NCBI GenBank assembly: GCA_951406725.2
Contig: OX597827.1
Span: 55,304,001-55,368,000 of the forward strand
Direction: 5' to 3'
DNA from: Octopus vulgaris
Taxonomy: Eukaryota
Length of the DNA stretch: 64,000 nucleotides
The notes beneath the pieces are model-generated. The model was not told the DNA's origin. It did not search any database and worked only from the letters and a program-made list of their open reading frames with translations. A program made the position numbers and the translations under genes. Positions 35,101 to 49,000 of this stretch are shown piece after piece (position 1 is the first letter of the stretch; every line of letters begins with the position of its first letter).

Positions 35101-37888
35101 TAAGACAACAAGACAGCATTAGTTTTGGCTATTATATTGGTCCATTATTTTATAAATTTAGTCCATGATATAACTAAAGTGTGATAGAAATACAGACGAT
35201 AAACTGTTTGAAAGTGAAAATTATTATTTTCCAGTTGTTGTCCCTTGTTAGAAACTCATATAATAATCATTTCTTTTGACTAGAAAGAAAACCAATTATC
35301 ATAGGGAAGGGTGAAAGTGAGTTGGATAATTCTCAAAATACAACTGATACTCATTTTAAAACAAACTCCAGAAGGCAACTTTGAATGCAGAGGGAATTTG
35401 ATATCAAAATGCTTAAGGATGACATTTCTGCCAGCCCAGTTTCCTATACTAAGTACAGTAATGATATATTTTAACATAGTATAAAGCCAATTCTATGTTG
35501 GAGTGAGGATATAATCATCAGTTCATATAACTGATACTGAAACCATTTTTTTAAAAATTTCATTTTATATAATTATTTGAATAAAACATATGAGCTGATT
35601 TTCACTTTTTTTTTATCAACCAATTTATTATTCATCTAGCAACAATTAATTTCCTTCACCAACTTTAATTTTTCTTAAGACAAGTCAGCTAGAGCTATGT
35701 ACTTTACAATGGCTGATGTGTGGAAGTAAAATATTTGCATATGTAGAAAGTTAGTTTAGCTTTGGTTAACAGTTCAGCAATAGAGACCAATAGAATAAGT
35801 ATTAGACTTACAAAGAATAAGTTGTGGGGTCAATTTCTTCAACTAAAAGCAATGCTCCAGCATAGTCATAGTCAAATGACTGAAATAAGTAAAAGAATAA
35901 GAGAATATATCATCTCATCATCATTTGATGTCCATGTTCCATGCTAGTATGGATTGAGTGGTTTGATAAGGATCCAATGAGTCAAGGACTGCATCATACT
36001 ACAGTGTCTGCTTTGATATGCTTTCTATAGCTGGATGCCTTTCCTAACACCAACCACTATACAGTATGTACTGGGTGTGTTTGTCATGCCACTGGGAAAT
36101 ATTAAGGTCACCATGTAGCTTGCAAGTCAACAAGCCCAGGGAGGGAGAATGTTGCCTCTGTATGTTAGATGGGGGTTAAGGTGTGAAGGAAGAAATTGGA
36201 GTAGAGCATATTCTTGTTGTAGAGGAGCTACATAGCAACTCGGATTTAGAAGAGAAAGTGATACATGCATGTGTGTGTGTGTGTGTAGGGTATATATATA
36301 TAATATAAACACACATATATATATATTCTTTTATTTGTTTCAGTCATTTGACTTCAGGCATGCTGGAGCATTGCCTTTAGTCAAGCAAATTGATCCCAGG
36401 ACTTATTCTTTGTAATATTGTTGGTCTCTTTTGCTGAACCTCTAAGTTATGTGGACATAAACACAAGTGATGTTGAGGGGACAAGCACAGACACACAAAC
36501 ATGTGACGGGCTTCTTTCAGTTTCCATCCACCAGATCCACTCACAACGCTTTGGTCAGCACAAGGCTATAGTAGAAGACACCTGCCCAAGGTGCCACACA
36601 GTGGGACTGAACCCGGAACTATGTGACACACATCACAACCCTCCTTTTGTTTCTTATAATCAGAATTGTTGAGATGATGAAGCTGCATTAATTCTTTTTT
36701 CTCATTTTATGTTAGAAAATAAATTAGATAAATTTCTATCTCATTTGCTAACTTACATCAGTAATTCATTTACAAAGCCAATTTTGAAACTATCACTATC
36801 ATATCACGCATTTTCCCAAAACTTGAGGGGGTGGGGTTGCATGCAAGCTTGTATTGAATGGTTGGGTCTACAACATACGTTTCCAAATATCTCAGTTCTG
36901 TGTCACACCATTTGTAAGTCCTGTTTCATTTTGCACTGGCTCATTACCTTATCACATTTTCACATCTATCATGCTCTATTCATTTATAGTGTAGTTCTCT
37001 CCCTCTCTCTCTCTCTCTTTAGATATGTTAACAGTCACTTTATCTCTCAATGCATAAACTTACATTTTCTAAAGAAATATATAAAACAAATTTGTTTCTA
37101 GGATTCTAGAAGCTGCAAAGTGGCATGAAAATAAGAAACATCTTGCTAAACAAATGAACCAACTCAGTATCATAAAATACCAGATTATTCATGGTCAAAG
37201 AAAATACACTAATATATACAATGAAAAAGATCCTACATTGAATGAAACAGAAAGACAAAAATCAGAAAATGAAACTCAGACTAAACCCAGTAAAAAACCA
37301 ATTAAGAAAACAGTGAAATATAGCAAATCAACTGTGAAAAAAAAGCGAAGTGCTCCAGCTTCATATAAATGGAATTATGAAAAATCTACAGAAAAAGGAG
37401 AATTTCAAAAATACATTCCTAATCTAAATGATGAATACCCAAGAGATTTCTATACACAAATGCCAAAAGTTCCTGGAGCCAATAAATATTATGATGGCAA
37501 ACATAAAGATACATATGAAATACCTGAGAACTTACTTGAATATCTTGACATGGAATTTGAATTACCTGACTTACCTCATGAAATTATTGCCAAGGCTTTA
37601 TCAAGAGATCCATCTTTAAGAGATCGTCCTGTTGTCTTCAACTGTAAAAATGTTCTTGATGTTGAAACAAAATTACAACAAAAAGACAATAAAAATTTAA
37701 AACATGAAGTCGGTCTTCACCTTTCCAATGACTGTTCATCATATTCATTTATAAATGCCTTACAACCAGAGACCAAAATGCGTCTTGAGGAGTCACTTGG
37801 TGATAAAATAATTAAAACTCCTTTGAAGAAAAAAAGTAAAACTTCACCAAAGCAAAAAAATCTTTTTAAATCATGTTTACAAATATAA
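21294..37888 (+). CDS. ANKRD53: Ankyrin repeat domain-containing protein 53-like, 4 coding exons (21294-21389, 23914-24113, 34935-35099, 37102-37888), about 415 aa
   Basis: The spliced product MSLDDQFIAAAQGDVEWLKECL...GFTPVHIAAFNGQLKCLKYLIEEY...WTPLLAAV...LKYLLERGAD...GTTVLHRAAQ...GYTPGDLAKILANKECSRILEAAKWHENKKHLAKQM is colinear with human ANKRD53 as recalled (LFAAAVGNVEWLRFCL...GFTAIHFAAQWGKLACLQVLVEEY...CARFLKDAMWKKDKKDFAREM). All introns are GT-AG with consistent phases. Confidence 0.88.
21785..22150 (-). mobile_element. RTE (BovB-like) LINE 3' end
   Basis: RINAFELWCRRRLLRIPWTARLTN...YFGHIMQR...GKRGRGRPRTCWLD. Confidence 0.88.
22540..23775 (+). mobile_element. Cluster of about 4 copies of a second SINE family, with a (CAT/CAC)n tract and a nested LINE-tail insertion
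   Basis: Repeated GCCTTTCATCC....GGTTGATAAAATAAGTACC...GGCCTTGTGCC motif. An insertion at about 23445-23645 splits the last copy. Confidence 0.75.
22683..22904. repeat. Compound (CAT)n/(CAC)n/(TAT)n microsatellite
   Basis: Direct reading; source of spurious poly-His/Asp/Ser ORFs. Confidence 0.95.
23914..24113 (+). CDS. ANKRD53: ANKRD53-like coding exon 2 (ankyrin repeats)
   Basis: Acceptor ttctag; GFTPVHIAAFNGQLKCLKYLIEEYGCNVDVLSISDWTPLLAAVNDSNTQKSLDCLKYLLERGADIS; donor gttagt; 200 nt. Confidence 0.92.
25573..25738. repeat. 166-bp palindrome/hairpin
   Basis: Arms of about 81 bp with about 8 mismatches; 4-nt loop AACC. Confidence 0.92.
27333..27720 (+). mobile_element. Non-autonomous Helitron-like element, copy 1
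   Basis: 5' TCTATATATATAAAG and 3' hairpin CC(T)GAGCAACGCCGGG; highly similar inverted copy at 51555-51941. Confidence 0.7.
29410..29548. repeat. Interrupted (CA)n microsatellite
   Basis: Direct reading. Confidence 0.95.
32808..33054. repeat. 247-bp near-perfect palindrome
   Basis: Arms of about 121 bp with 2 adjacent mismatches; 5-nt loop GACAA. Confidence 0.95.
34935..35099 (+). CDS. ANKRD53: ANKRD53-like coding exon 3 (ankyrin repeats)
   Basis: Acceptor tttcag; SNKDGTTVLHRAAQKNHVEILKYLLGRGAELNCKDKDGYTPGDLAKILANKECS; donor gtaaga; phase 2/2. Confidence 0.92.
37102..37888 (+). CDS. ANKRD53: ANKRD53-like terminal coding exon
   Basis: Acceptor ttctag; ILEAAKWHENKKHLAKQMNQ... continues into the 244-aa ORF 37154-37888; AATAAA at 38015-38020. 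Confidence 0.9.
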
Positions 37889-39926
37889 TTTCTGACAAAT
37901 TGTGATAAAGCTATCTGAAAACTATTTTTTTATGAACTTGGAAGGAATGGTGCTTTATTAACTTTAAACAAACAATTATAAATATGTTTTTAAAAATTAG
38001 CTTAAAATTTAAACAATAAATATTTTGGTTAATGAGAAAATCCTTTTGTTTTAATCCTTTCTATTTTAGCTTATCTGATTAATTCAGGAGCATATTTGTT
38101 GATTTTTCATATACAAAGGGGTGCTGAAAAGTTCCTTTGGGTAAAATAAAATACAGGAGGATCAGTTAAATATGATTTCATTCAACATATTTCCCTCTCA
38201 GATTCACACACTTATGGTGGCAGTCCTTCAGTTTTTGTAAGCCCCGTAAGAGAACTTGAAATGCTGGACCTCCAGCCAGGCCTTTTGCGATACCCTTATC
38301 TCCCACGTACTTGCTTACTCTTATGTAACTGAAAAATTACTCTGAATCTCAAGATTTGTCACTTCTGCAAAACACTGTCAAACCAACAAGGAAGTTTCTG
38401 TGTGGTCATAAAAGTTGCAAGAAATAGCAGCCAATTATTCCTTGACACTTTTGTTACCATATTTCAGTTGAAATACACTGCCTTTATCTTATCTTATAAA
38501 AGAGAAGTGGATCTCCATTTTTCTGTCCATTACATCTATAAGAGGGAGGGAAAGAAGGAGGAAAGGTTGTTGAGAGAGAAATACAGTGAGGAGTGTGTAT
38601 AAAAGATAGATTGCAGGAATTTTAAGTGCAAGTCTGTCAACACAACACAACATAGACTTCAATAAAAGGTTGTGTGTGTGTGTGTGTGTATATATAGTTT
38701 TATTTTTGGTTGTTTGTGTGCATGTGTTTTTTTCTATCTCTTTCAACATATCGACAACACAACATAGACTTTAAAAAAAAGACTTTCACTTAGAACAATT
38801 TACGAAGGTACTTGCATGATTAACAAATATTTTTACCAGCAGCATATGCTACAGGAAATGACTTAGTATCAATTAATTTTGAAAATAATGAAGAATTTAG
38901 TAAAATAACTGTCATTATTAAACTAGTATTTGGAACATAAATTTACATGAAATTTTGAAAGGTTTTTAACTTGGATCACTTTAAAACAGGAAGTTTATAT
39001 CATAGAACCAGAGGCGGTGTCAGGAAGGTTGGTATTAAAAGGATTAAACTGCACCCTATCACCTTGTAAAGGTTGAGACTTGGAGAATAATGTAGTTCTA
39101 TATTCGTAATGCCTGGGATGTAAAAGCACCTGTGCCAATGGCACATGAAAAGTACCATTTACATTCTTGGAGTGATTGGCATTACAAAGGGCATCCAGCT
39201 GTAGAAACCATGCTAAATCAGACTGGAACCTAGTGCAGCTCTCTGGCTTACCAGTTCCAGTCAAGCTGTCTAACCCATGCCAGCATGGAAAGCAGACACT
39301 AAATGATGATACGCACATACATAGTTTTGAGATTATATATAATGTTAGTATTTTAATTTGGCCATCTTCCTGAGTGCTTCAATGATTTCACATGAGTTAA
39401 TTTTTGTCAACATTTGTCATTCCACTGTCCTGAAGCAAGTTGTCCACATAGGTTAAATGTTTTCTTCCCCTGTTGATTCTTCCTTCAATTGACAGCCAGA
39501 AGATTAACTGACATAGGTTTTTCTGGGTGCTTGATGCAATGACCATAGTTTTTTGTACAAATATCTGGATACATCACATGAAATAAAAAATGACAAAATT
39601 TCTTAACATTTTCATTCTCTCTTTCTCACACACACACAGCAGATATATAATTATAAGAAACTCAGACACTTAAACAGAGGCTTCATATAATTTTATTTAA
39701 TGTTTTGCCAAACAGATTTGGCTCATCTTTAACAAAATAAAATTCATCTCTTTTATTTAAATGTTAAGAAAAAATATTATAAAATATTACATATTTTAAA
39801 AAAACGGTAATATATACAATTTTATTTAAGACATTGAAAAAAAATGGCTTAAAGGAATTTAAGGTAGAAAAAAGATATGTCTTGTTGAAACCTTTTGATA
39901 TAGATCAAATAGTTGCAAATGATTAT

Positions 39927-40044
39927 TTAAATTTCTAAAAACAGTTTAGAATTCATTTCTTCTTTTTCTTCATGTAAATGTTGGAAACTCAGTGATGCTT
40001 GTTGTATTGTTAAAGATTCAACGGCTGCCGACAACTCAGTTATC
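39927..40044 (-). CDS. HAUS8: HAUS8-like terminal exon
   Basis: Acceptor ccttag; ITELSAAVESLTIQQASLSFQHLHEEKEEMNSKLFLEI then stop. Minus-strand AATAAA signals near 39820, 39752 and 39692. Confidence 0.88.
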
Positions 40045-43000
40045 CTAAGGTTTAAAAGAAAAGGAAAAAAAAAAAAAAACTAATTAGAGCAATTCTAATA
40101 ATGCTCTAGTTAAATTATGCAAAATAAGCAAAATGTTTAATATTTTTCTGGTATTTAGAATAGTACATAATAATTAAAACCAATCACATTTTTGAAGGGC
40201 TAAGAAGCATACATCATCATCTTTTGTTATGCTGCATGAATTAAACACTAATAACATATCTTCCCCAAAACAATATGTAACTATCTGTGGTTACCCAATG
40301 TCTGCAGCTATTATATTACTTTGGAGATAGTCATTTAGCTTTTATGTGTCGGTCATTGGACTGTGGCCATGCAGGGGTACCACCTTAAAAGGTTTCTTAG
40401 TCGAACGAACTGATCCCAGTGCTTAATTTTAAGTGTGGTACTAATTCTAGTTGTCTCTTTTTTGCTGGGATGTAAACAAAACAACACTGATTGTCAAGTA
40501 GTGTTGGGGGACAAACACTATATATATATATGAGCGAGGTCATTGCCAGTGCCACTTGACTGGCAGGTGACACATAAAAAACATCACTTGAGTGTGGCCA
40601 TTGCCAGTACCACCTGACTCACCCTCGTGCCGATGGCACATAAAAGCACCCACTATACTCTCGTAGTGGTTGGCATTAGGATGAGCATCAAGCTGTAGAA
40701 ACTCTGCCAGATCAGATTGGAACCTGGTGCAACCCATGCTAGCATGGAAAGCGGACGTTAAACAATGATGATGATGATATATATATTCTAGGTAGTTAGG
40801 GTAAATCCCAGCTCTTTCCCCTTGAAGTATATCTGCTTATTCCATTATTACAATCCAATATGTAGTCTCATTTACTGCTGTATGTTAGTGAAAATGCATA
40901 TTAGAATTGAGAATTATGGAAATATTATTTGCAGAGTTCTTGTATAACAAAACAGGAAAATGGGAATTGTTTTGTATTATTTATTCACCATTACATATGT
41001 TTCATTTGCTAATAGGAATTACAAAGTTTTACATGCTAGATAGACATATAAGGTATTTCCTCTGTCTGAAGAATTTCTAATAAAAAATTCCTTACATGTC
41101 TATCAAACTTGTAAAACTTTGTAATTCCTATTAGCAAATGAAACACATGTAATGGTGAATAAATAATACCAAAACATTTCCACTTTCCTGTTTTGTTATA
41201 TACACACACAATGGGCTTCTTTCAGTTTCTGTCTACCCAATTCATTCAAAAGGCTTTGGTCAACCTAGGGTTATAATAGTAGATGCCTAAAATCTCTTGT
41301 TAAATCCGATCATGTCTTCCATGGTTTATATATGTGCAGACTTCAAAGTTTATCCCTTGTATACAATCCACTGTCATCTTACATTTTCCACTCATGGTGG
41401 ATAATATAAAAATGTGCAGAGCAAAAGAAATGTACCACTTTCAATTAAATAATTGTTGACATTAATTGATTTGTTGTTTGGCTAGCAAAGTTAAAAGGGT
41501 TTCCAGATCTAAAGGAACAGTATGGCCATTTCACTTTTTGGCACCAATGTCATTGCAGGAGTTGCCAGAACAAGATTGTAGATAACTTCAGACTGCCTTA
41601 CAGGCTTCAACTCCCAATTTCTATTCCGGGTTTACTCTCAAAGTCTTTTCCATGGCTGGGTAAGATTACAAGGACCCCAGCAGGGATAACTACTCAGAGT
41701 AGACCAGGGAACAGTAGTGGCTAAAAGGTGGCCCCACATTCCTTGGAACCCTGGAACTCCCAAACCAGGGCCCCACTACTGGATGTCATTTCAAGTCATA
41801 CCCATAATATTTTTTATATAAAGTTCCTGTAAATACAATATTGTTGGTTATTGCAGCAATACATTATCCAAGAATATTTGAATGGAGAGATAGACAAACA
41901 GATGTGTGAAGGAAAGTAGATAAAATCCCTTTTTGCAGCAATCAACAACTAAGGTATAGACACAAAGACTTGAAGCCATTATGAAAATTTGCCTCCTGCT
42001 TAGTTGTCTAGTCTTTCGAAATTTTCCACATAGATACAAGAACATGTTTATGGCTTGAATTAATGGAATAATTACTTTGTAAGGAAATAAATTGATGGAA
42101 ATGGTAAGTACTGAAGCCCAAATTGATACTTACTGCTCAATTTCACTTTTCTCTGTGGAAATTGTATCAACTAAATGTTTCAAGTGGGAATTGTACAAGG
42201 ACAAAGATGGCATCTTAGTTTCGGTTACATCATTTATTTTCTCCAAAAGCTGTTCTGTTTCTACAAAATTATTTGTCACATCATCTAAAAAAAAAAAATG
42301 AAAGAAACAAAACTAAAATTAAAATATGATTTCAATTTCACACACATCCTCAGCAGCCTCTGAAAAGATAAAATACAAAACAAACAAATTCTTCACTTGA
42401 CAACTAAAAATCTACAAACACCGGTCCACTATCCTGTCTTTGTCAATTCTTACACTTTTGACAAGTTTCCAGTTTTCTGAAATAGCCAGCTCTGTACCAT
42501 CTCCACTTAAACACACTTGATGCATCTACCTTCCCTATTTATTAAGGCTCTATACTTACTTTTCTTCAGTGCAGATGAGTCAATAGGGTTTCAAATGATC
42601 CACCAAAAGTCTTTCATTCATATTGTCACCAGCATTACATTATACTACAGCCATAAAGACTTTACTCACCACCTGGCTTTAAGCAGATATTGCTGATAGC
42701 AGAATTCCCTGCTGTAATCACAGCAACAGAAGAACAGTATTAACGAGCATTTCATTGACTGCAGTGATCAGTGCAATTCCTCTGGCAGGAAAGCTATTTG
42801 CAATAAATTACTATCTTCTTCTTCTGGGAAACACATCTTTAATACTCTACAACCTAGAGTTTAGTACAAGCCTAATGGATCTTTGTGATTTAAAAATGAT
42901 TAGCTTTTTTTGTTAAAAATCTCTGATCTACAGCACTTCAAACAGGATATCAACCGTCTCTCATTTTACCAAGCTAAATCCACCACTTCTCAGATTTATA

Positions 43001-46000
43001 AATTAAAACTATGTATTTTGTAAGGGTGAAAGGTAATATTATTAATAATGGTTTCTAAGAGTAGCACAAAGACACACATTTTAAATCAAGGTGAAATTGA
43101 ACTTATCTCAGTACTTAATACTAATTTTATTGACCCAAAAGCATAATATGCAAAGTCAATCACATATATCAGTATCCTATGACTGAGGGAAAAATTACAA
43201 TGATATACTTGTATTGGCACAAAGCTATAGTTGGTAAAATCAAACCCAGTATTCAATGAAACAACAGAACAAGGAGGCTACAACAACAGGCTATTTTGTA
43301 TGTAGTAATAGTACTGTTAGTCTGCAGTGCAAATCCACTAGAGTCGTGAAAACAGCAAGTACAAATTCTATGCAACATTTTGGAGATGCACAAAAAAGAA
43401 AAAAACACGTTCATAAAGAGAATAAATTAAATGAATAATTACCAATGTAGGATTCATCATTTGGATGAAAAATTCCTTCTGTAGCAATCTGATGAGAAGC
43501 CTTACCCAATACTTGAGCCAAATGATGATGTTTTGATTTCATATCAGATAAGGAGTCATTTACTTTGGAAATTGCACTTCTCTGTTTATAAAAGAAAATG
43601 TTAAAACATTTTTTATTATTATTATTTATGGGAGGAAAGAAAAAATTTAGATTATCCCAAAAGTGATTAAGATTTCTCAATGCTAATCTCTGAAAGAGAT
43701 AGTTTCCTGTATGATAGACCCAAGTAAGATCATAATGCAATATCTATGAAAGAATTTAGAATTACAACCTATGAAACAACAGTTCAATATAAATTCTTCA
43801 GTTTCCAAATGTCTCTACTATGACTACAGGGTTAATGACTTAACATCTGGTTTTTCTGTTGGGTAAGGTAACTGCAAACTGAAATATTTGTTTGAATTTC
43901 CAGGCCTAACATTTTATCAGTCTGGTCAAATCACCAATTTGCAGACTTCTGTTTTAATTCACTAGAGTAACATGAATATAACAAAAAATGATGTATCCAT
44001 TACACATTAGGTGTGATTGTGTGGTAAGAATTTGCTTCCCAACCTCATGGTTTTGGGTTCAGTTCAATGACATGGCACCTTGGGCGTCTTCTAATGAAGC
44101 CTCAGGCTGACCAAAGCCTTGTGTGTGGATTTGGTAGATGAAAACTAAAAGAAACCCATCATACAGATATGCGTGTGTGTGTATCCCCCACCAGCACTTG
44201 ACAATTGGCATTGGTATGCTTACATCTCTGTATCTTAGTGGTTCTGTAAAAAGTACTAATAGAATAAGTACTATACTTAAAAAAAAAAAAGGACTGGGGT
44301 CAATTTGTTCCACTAAACCCTTCAAGGTGGTATGCCAGCAAAGCCAAAGTCCAGTGAGTGAAAACAAATAATATATATATTGTATCACAGGGATTAAATG
44401 ATGTCTTCCTTATTTAACAATCTATAAATGTTTGTTTTATATGTCTGTGGAGAAGAGGCACAAGAAGCTATTCTATATGATAATACTTACCTGAAGTTTA
44501 CCACACTTCATAACCAAATTATGATGACGTATTTCCTTCACTTTCTTATCTAAATTTAATCCTCCCTCACACTCGGATTGAATCAAGTTATGGAAATCTT
44601 GAATCTGCCTCTGTTAAATATTTAATACAATGTAGATTTATTGATTATGGTTAAGAGAAAAAAAATCAAAATACAACAATAATAATGACTTTTTTTTCAC
44701 AATGGTCCAAGGTTACATATTTGTGAGAGAGAGAGATATTTAATTGACCCTGATATATGACTGGTAGGACACAGAGTGATGATAAAAAGCTACTTAATCC
44801 CAATAGGGATTTGAATGCAGCTTGTAGGACAAAAATTAATAATGATGAGGGTTGGTGGCAGGAAGAGTATCCAACCAAAGTAAACTCTGTCTGAATGAAT
44901 TCTGCTCAACCCATACAAACAAGGAAAAGTGGGAATTGAAGTGGTAAGAAGCTTGCTTCCCAACCATGTTGTTCTGGATTCAGTCCCACTGCATGGCACT
45001 TTGGGCAAGTGTCTTCTACTATTGCCTCAGGACAACCAAAGCCTTATGAGTGGATCTGGAAGACAGAAACTAAAAGCCTTTCATATATATGTATATATTA
45101 TCCAAAATGTATAGTATTAGATATCTATCACAGCTGATCTTATCAATCGGTCTTACATAAAGAATACAATGGAGTGTTAGGTAACAATCCAACTATATAA
45201 CTTTACACTCATCAGAGTTAGCTAATATGGAAGGGAATATGGCGACTGTTCTCTATTGTCGGAGGTGGATTAGCACATATGTCTATGTGCGTGTGTCTTT
45301 GTTTGTCCCATCACCCCACTGCTTGACAACTGGTTTTGATGTGTTTATGTCCCCATGACTTAGCAGCTCAGCAAAAGAGACTGATGGAATAAATACTAGG
45401 CTTAAAAGAATAAGTCCTGGGGTCAATTTGTTTAACTAGAAACTGTCAAGGCAGTGCTCCAGCATGGCCAGAGTCAAATGACTGAAACGAGTAAAAAAAA
45501 ATATATATATGTGTGTGTTTGAGAGACTTTTAATACAAAAATATTCATAATGGTATTACATCATAGTTAGTTTGAGGTTTACTCTTCCATGCTCATATAG
45601 GTCAGATGGAATTTTGTTGAGATAGAATTTTGTTTTTCTATGGCCAGATGCTCTGCCTGTCACCAAACCTCATCTCTGGTTCCAAGCAAGGAAATATTCT
45701 CTCATAACCAGACATAGTTAAGTTAAGTTAATTTTTTGGCTCAAAAAGCAAAAAGCAAGGCCATGTAGGGGGACATGGAGTTATGTACAGGGAGGGTGTT
45801 CATGCAAAGAGTTCAGGCCATTTCTGGTCAACAGAGACTTTGAACCGAGCGGTCGTCAGCATCTTCACTATCTCGTCCGGCAGCTTATTCCACGGATCCG
45901 CAACCCGGACGGAGAAAGCCCTTCTCCTTCGATTGAGAAGAAATCGTCGCAGATAGAGCTTTTTGGAGTGACCCCACAGCCGACGCTCTGAAGCAGGAGT

Positions 46001-49000
46001 GAAGAACAGCTCTTTCGAGAGGTTACACTTTCCGCTTATGATGTTGTGGAACATAGGAAACAGAAGATGCAGTTTGCATGATGGTGACACTTATTTATAA
46101 CAATTACAAAATGACATGGGAAGGAGAAGGTAACACACGCATACGACTGGCTTCTAGTTTCCATCTATAAAAATCAACCAACAAGGCTTTGGGTGACCAG
46201 GGGCTACAGTGGAAGACATTTGCCCAAGGTACCAATGGGACTGAACCTAAAACCAGGTGTTGGGAAACAAGCTTCCTATCATACAACCACACCTGCACAC
46301 ACACACACACACACATTTATTTTGCTTACACATTGCAAGACTAATAACCTAGTGTGGAACTCAGTATACATGTTTCAGGTTGAAGTATTAACCAAGGATA
46401 GAGCTGTAATAAGAAAGATGACAAAGGAATAAATGATTATCTTACAAACCTCATTAGCTTACAACTATTTCTGCTATAAGATGTAGCAGGCTCATAGGTG
46501 AGTGCCTTATAGTTTCACTGGAACCTTGAATATGAAGTGTGACTCATTTGGGAAAGAGATACATATGTATGCAATGATGAAGCTATGAGGTGTTATTCAA
46601 GCATTCAACTGTAAGCTAATGAAGATAATCATTTATTCCTTTGTCATTACCAACCACATGGTTCCGGGTTCAGTCCCACTGCGTGGCATCTTGGGCAAGT
46701 GTCTTCTACTATAGCCTCGGGCCGACCAAAGCCTTGTGAGTGGATTTGGTAGACGGAAACTGAAAGAAGCCCGTTGTATATATGTATACATATATATGTG
46801 TGTGTGTTTGTGTGTCTGCGTTTGTCCCCCTAGCATTGCTTGACAACCGATGCTGGTGTGTTTACGTCGCCATCACTTAGCGGTTCGGCAAAAGTACGCG
46901 ATAGAATAAGTACTGGGTTTACAAAGAATAAGTCCTGGGGTCGATTTGCTCGACTAAAGGCAGTGCTCCAGCATGGCCGCAGTCAAATGACTGAAACAAG
47001 TAAAAGAGAGTATATATATATATATAAAGAAAAAGAGAGAGGATTGATAACTACTTACTGCTGCATCTTTTTCTCTCTTTTGCATTGCTTTCTGCATCAT
47101 TTTATCAAGATAAAGTGTTTGGAGGTAATTGTTGTATAAAATATCTAAATCTTTTTGTTTGAAACGTGCCTTTTGCTAGATAGACAATTGAATGAAGAAA
47201 ACATATAAGTACATGTAATTTCAAGCATAATTAGCATGTTTAAATTAAGATTATACATTATGATTTAAAAAGAAAAGACATTATGAAGATGAGATTGTAT
47301 ATTTTGAATATAAACAACAAGAAATTTAGTAGTTTTATATCAAATGTAAAATCTAAATATTCTCCTTAAATAATAATTCTAGAAAATCATCTATTAGAAA
47401 TCATTTAAAAAAAAATATATTTGCAAGTCCCAAACTTATTTTATTACAGTAGCATTACCTGAAGAATTGTGAGTCATAAGTGCATCTAAGGCAAGCTAGC
47501 TTGGCTAAGTTCATTTGTCAATATTATATTCAAGAAAAGGGTGGCAAGCTGGCAGAATCATTAGCACACCAGACGAAATGCTTAGCAACATTTTGCCTGT
47601 CTTTACATTCTTAGTCCAAATTCCGCTACGGCCAACTTTGCCTTTTATCTTATTAGGGTTGATAAAATAAGTAGCAGTTAGTATTGGGGTCCGAAATTGC
47701 TGGTCATTTTTTTGTGCCAAAATTTGAAATGAATATTATATTCAAGAGCAGATTTTAACTCAGCATCATGGATTAACAAAGCATACATCAATTATACATT
47801 GTTGATCCTCTTTACCATGCCAAGATAAATTTTTACCATTTCAATGTTTAGTGCATAAGATATTTCTAGGTGTCCATCAACAAGGTATCATGTTGATTGA
47901 AAAGAACACGCATTCCATTGAAATTTTAAATGGAAATCATTTATTTTTCTAATCGTAAACAAAATGTGTAATGCCATTACTATCAACAACAGAGGAGATA
48001 TTTACACGGGTAAAGAGTTCAACAGTTGATATAAGAAGGGAGATCAAATGGATTGATAAGTCCTACTGGAATGCTTCATTAGATATTCCTCCTGCAAGTG
48101 TATTTGTCATTTAATATAACGAGGCACCATTTATAGGGTATTGACGGTCAAATCTTTGGTTATCGGATTGACACCCAGCTAATTCACCTACTTATGTTTC
48201 TCTGACTTAATTAGTATAATTAGAACTAAATAACTTTAAAAAATAAAAACTGGCACTCCATCGGTTACAATGACAAGAGTTTCAGCTGATCCAATTAACA
48301 GGACAGCCCACCCGTGAAATAAATGTGTAAGTGGCTGAGCACTCCACAGACACACGTACCTTTAATATAGTTCTTAGAGAGATTCAGTGTGACATAGAAT
48401 GTGATATGACTGGCCCATTGAAATACAGGTGCTGTTCATTTTTGCCAGCTGACTGGACTGGAGCAATGAAAAATAAAGCGTCTTACTCAAGGACACAATA
48501 CACTGCCAAGAATTGAACTCATAATCATACGATCATGTGCCAAATGCCCTCACCACTTCGCCACGTGCCTTCACAGAACTACATAGCTATAACAGATTGA
48601 ATATAACTACTTTATTTGCCCTTTTTCTTCTTCAAAGATATCAAAATAAACTAAAAATGAAAAGAGAAAGATATGCATAACAGTACAAATGCAAAAACGT
48701 ATTACTTCTTTATTTACCTGAGATTCATCCAACAAGGAAAATGAGGTATCACTGTAGTTAACAGGTTTGGAGATACTTCTGCGACAAGATTTAAGCACAT
48801 CAGAACCTGGTAACACAGACATAAATTCAGACAGTTTCAAGAGTTTACAACACTATTATGCAAACTTTATTAACTCTGCAATACTAACAAGTAGACTTTA
48901 TTCAGTTTACATTGTCCAGAGATATCTTATTGATTCATGTCTTTACACATTTACATCACATCTTAATACAATGAGAAAAATTAGATCACATCCGCTATGC

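Noticed and set aside
38642-38771. 18-bp direct repeat (ACAACACAACATAGACTT) flanking a TG tract; similar short duplications at 781-830 and 59308-59358
   Set aside because: Consistent with ordinary slippage or TSD-type duplication, with no further structure.
45150-45220. Additional CTGATGA hammerhead candidates (also near 8718 and 12831)
   Set aside because: No correctly placed GAAA and cleavage triplet; the heptamer alone is expected many times by chance.
47459-47495. Possible HAUS8 micro-exon with donor CAG|gtaatg
   Set aside because: Weak acceptor, and inclusion would break the frame or add a stop between exons 7 and 8, which already join in phase 0.
48807-48880. Apparent in-frame TAA TAG upstream of HAUS8 exon 7 suggesting editing-dependent readthrough
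   Set aside because: A better acceptor (ttaccag, exon start 48806) gives the correct phase and excludes the stops.
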